This document shows, piece by piece, positions 63,310 to 64,000 of a DNA stretch of 64,000 bases (positions are counted from its first letter, which is position 1; each line of letters opens with the position of its first letter). The notes under the pieces were generated by a model. That model saw nothing but the letters and a program-made list of their open reading frames with translations. It was not told where the DNA came from and made no database searches. Position numbers and translations under genes: made by a program. Where the stretch lies: positions 92,610-156,609 of IMG/VR virus record IMGVR_UViG_3300036774_000066, one strand, 5' to 3'. The DNA is from a virus.

Positions 63310-64000
63310 GAACACCCGATGAACCTGGACCCGCGCCTACCTCTCCTGACAATCAGCTCGGAGCCACACTTCTCACAAGTTCCAACGATCTTGTCGGTTC
63401 GGAGACCTTCTCGCAGAGATGTGCCTATCTCCTCTTCGTTCTCTTCCAGCTCCTTGAATATCGAGGTAAGCATCTCCCTGGACTCATCTATGACTTCAGC
63501 CTCCTTGATCTTGCGCTCTGATATGCTGGTCATGTCCTTCTCGAGGGTCTGGGTCATTTCCGGCTTGGTTATGGCGGAGGCGTACTTCTCAAGAGTGTCA
63601 ACAACTGCGTAGGCTGTGTTCGTAGGCTTCATGGGGTTGCCGTGGACGTATGCACGGGCGTACAATTTGCTTATGATGTCGTGGCGAGTCGATTTAGTCC
63701 CAAGGCCAAGATCGTCCATGAGCTTTATCAGCCTTCCTTGGCCATACCGGGCCGGCGGCTGGGTTTCCTTGGAGGCAACCTCATGCCCTAACACCTTCAG
63801 GCGCTCGCCCTCTTTTAGCTCTGGAAGGATGATCTCCTCGGATTTGCTGTAAGGGTAGTAGGCACGCCATCCAGCCTCTATCAGCCTCGCTCCGCTTGCT
63901 TTGAAGGGCTCTGTTCCGATATCGACAGAGAGATTAGAGACCTCCCAGGAAGACTGCTCGGCAAGGGTGGCGAAGAATCGGCGCACAACTAGCTCATATA
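63305..64000 (-). CDS. topA: Archaeal-type DNA topoisomerase I (type IA), internal fragment; truncated in first Zn ribbon, N-terminus beyond window
   Basis: YELVVRRFFATL, TQPPARY, LGLGTKSTR, PEMT..LE..M, CEKCG...RFIGCSG; resembles methanogen (Methanothrix-like) TopA. Confidence 0.88.

Noticed and set aside
63305-63352. Prophage attachment site in topA, and ORF start at 63352
   Set aside because: No integrase, no att duplication, both genes broken mid-domain; the start is a by-product of the junction
578-63852. Numerous plus-strand ORFs in the track, including Pro/Ser-rich ORFs at 62352-63322
   Set aside because: Antisense shadows of minus-strand genes and repeats; no SD or recognisable motifs

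Overview
Bases ~1-63309 are a continuous, gene-dense segment of a large contractile-tailed (T4-like structural module) bacteriophage, with essentially every real gene on the minus strand. Reading in transcription order (right to left): a Gly/Glu-repeat VWA protein, prohead protease/scaffold, gp23-like major capsid, neck proteins, probable internal head proteins, accessory virion proteins, tail sheath/tube/chaperone/tape measure, baseplate and fibres; then a replication block (5'-3' exonuclease, SNF2 helicase, degenerate DnaC-like loader, DnaB, stand-alone primase Zn-finger, family A DNA polymerase); then about 12 kb of small early/accessory genes (GroES, papain-like peptidase, prepilin-like protein, KTSC, NrdJ C-terminal TSCPD protein, class 3 lipase). 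Sigma70-type promoters with IHF-like boxes, PolA/DnaB and a bacterial prepilin motif point to a bacterial host. The last ~690 bp are an internal fragment of an archaeal-type DNA topoisomerase I gene joined abruptly to the phage repeat gene, most likely a chimeric join. No terminase, portal, integrase, tRNA, rRNA or CRISPR array was seen. Best leads: a ~260-nt highly structured, probably pseudoknotted non-coding RNA between the pilin-like and KTSC genes; an 862-aa modular head 'polyprotein' punctuated by putative prohead-protease sites; one insertion domain shared by capsid and sheath; a probable +1/-2 tail-chaperone frameshift; and a pseudo-receiver domain inside a stripped-down replisome operon. 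All product calls come from motif recognition by eye, not from database searches.
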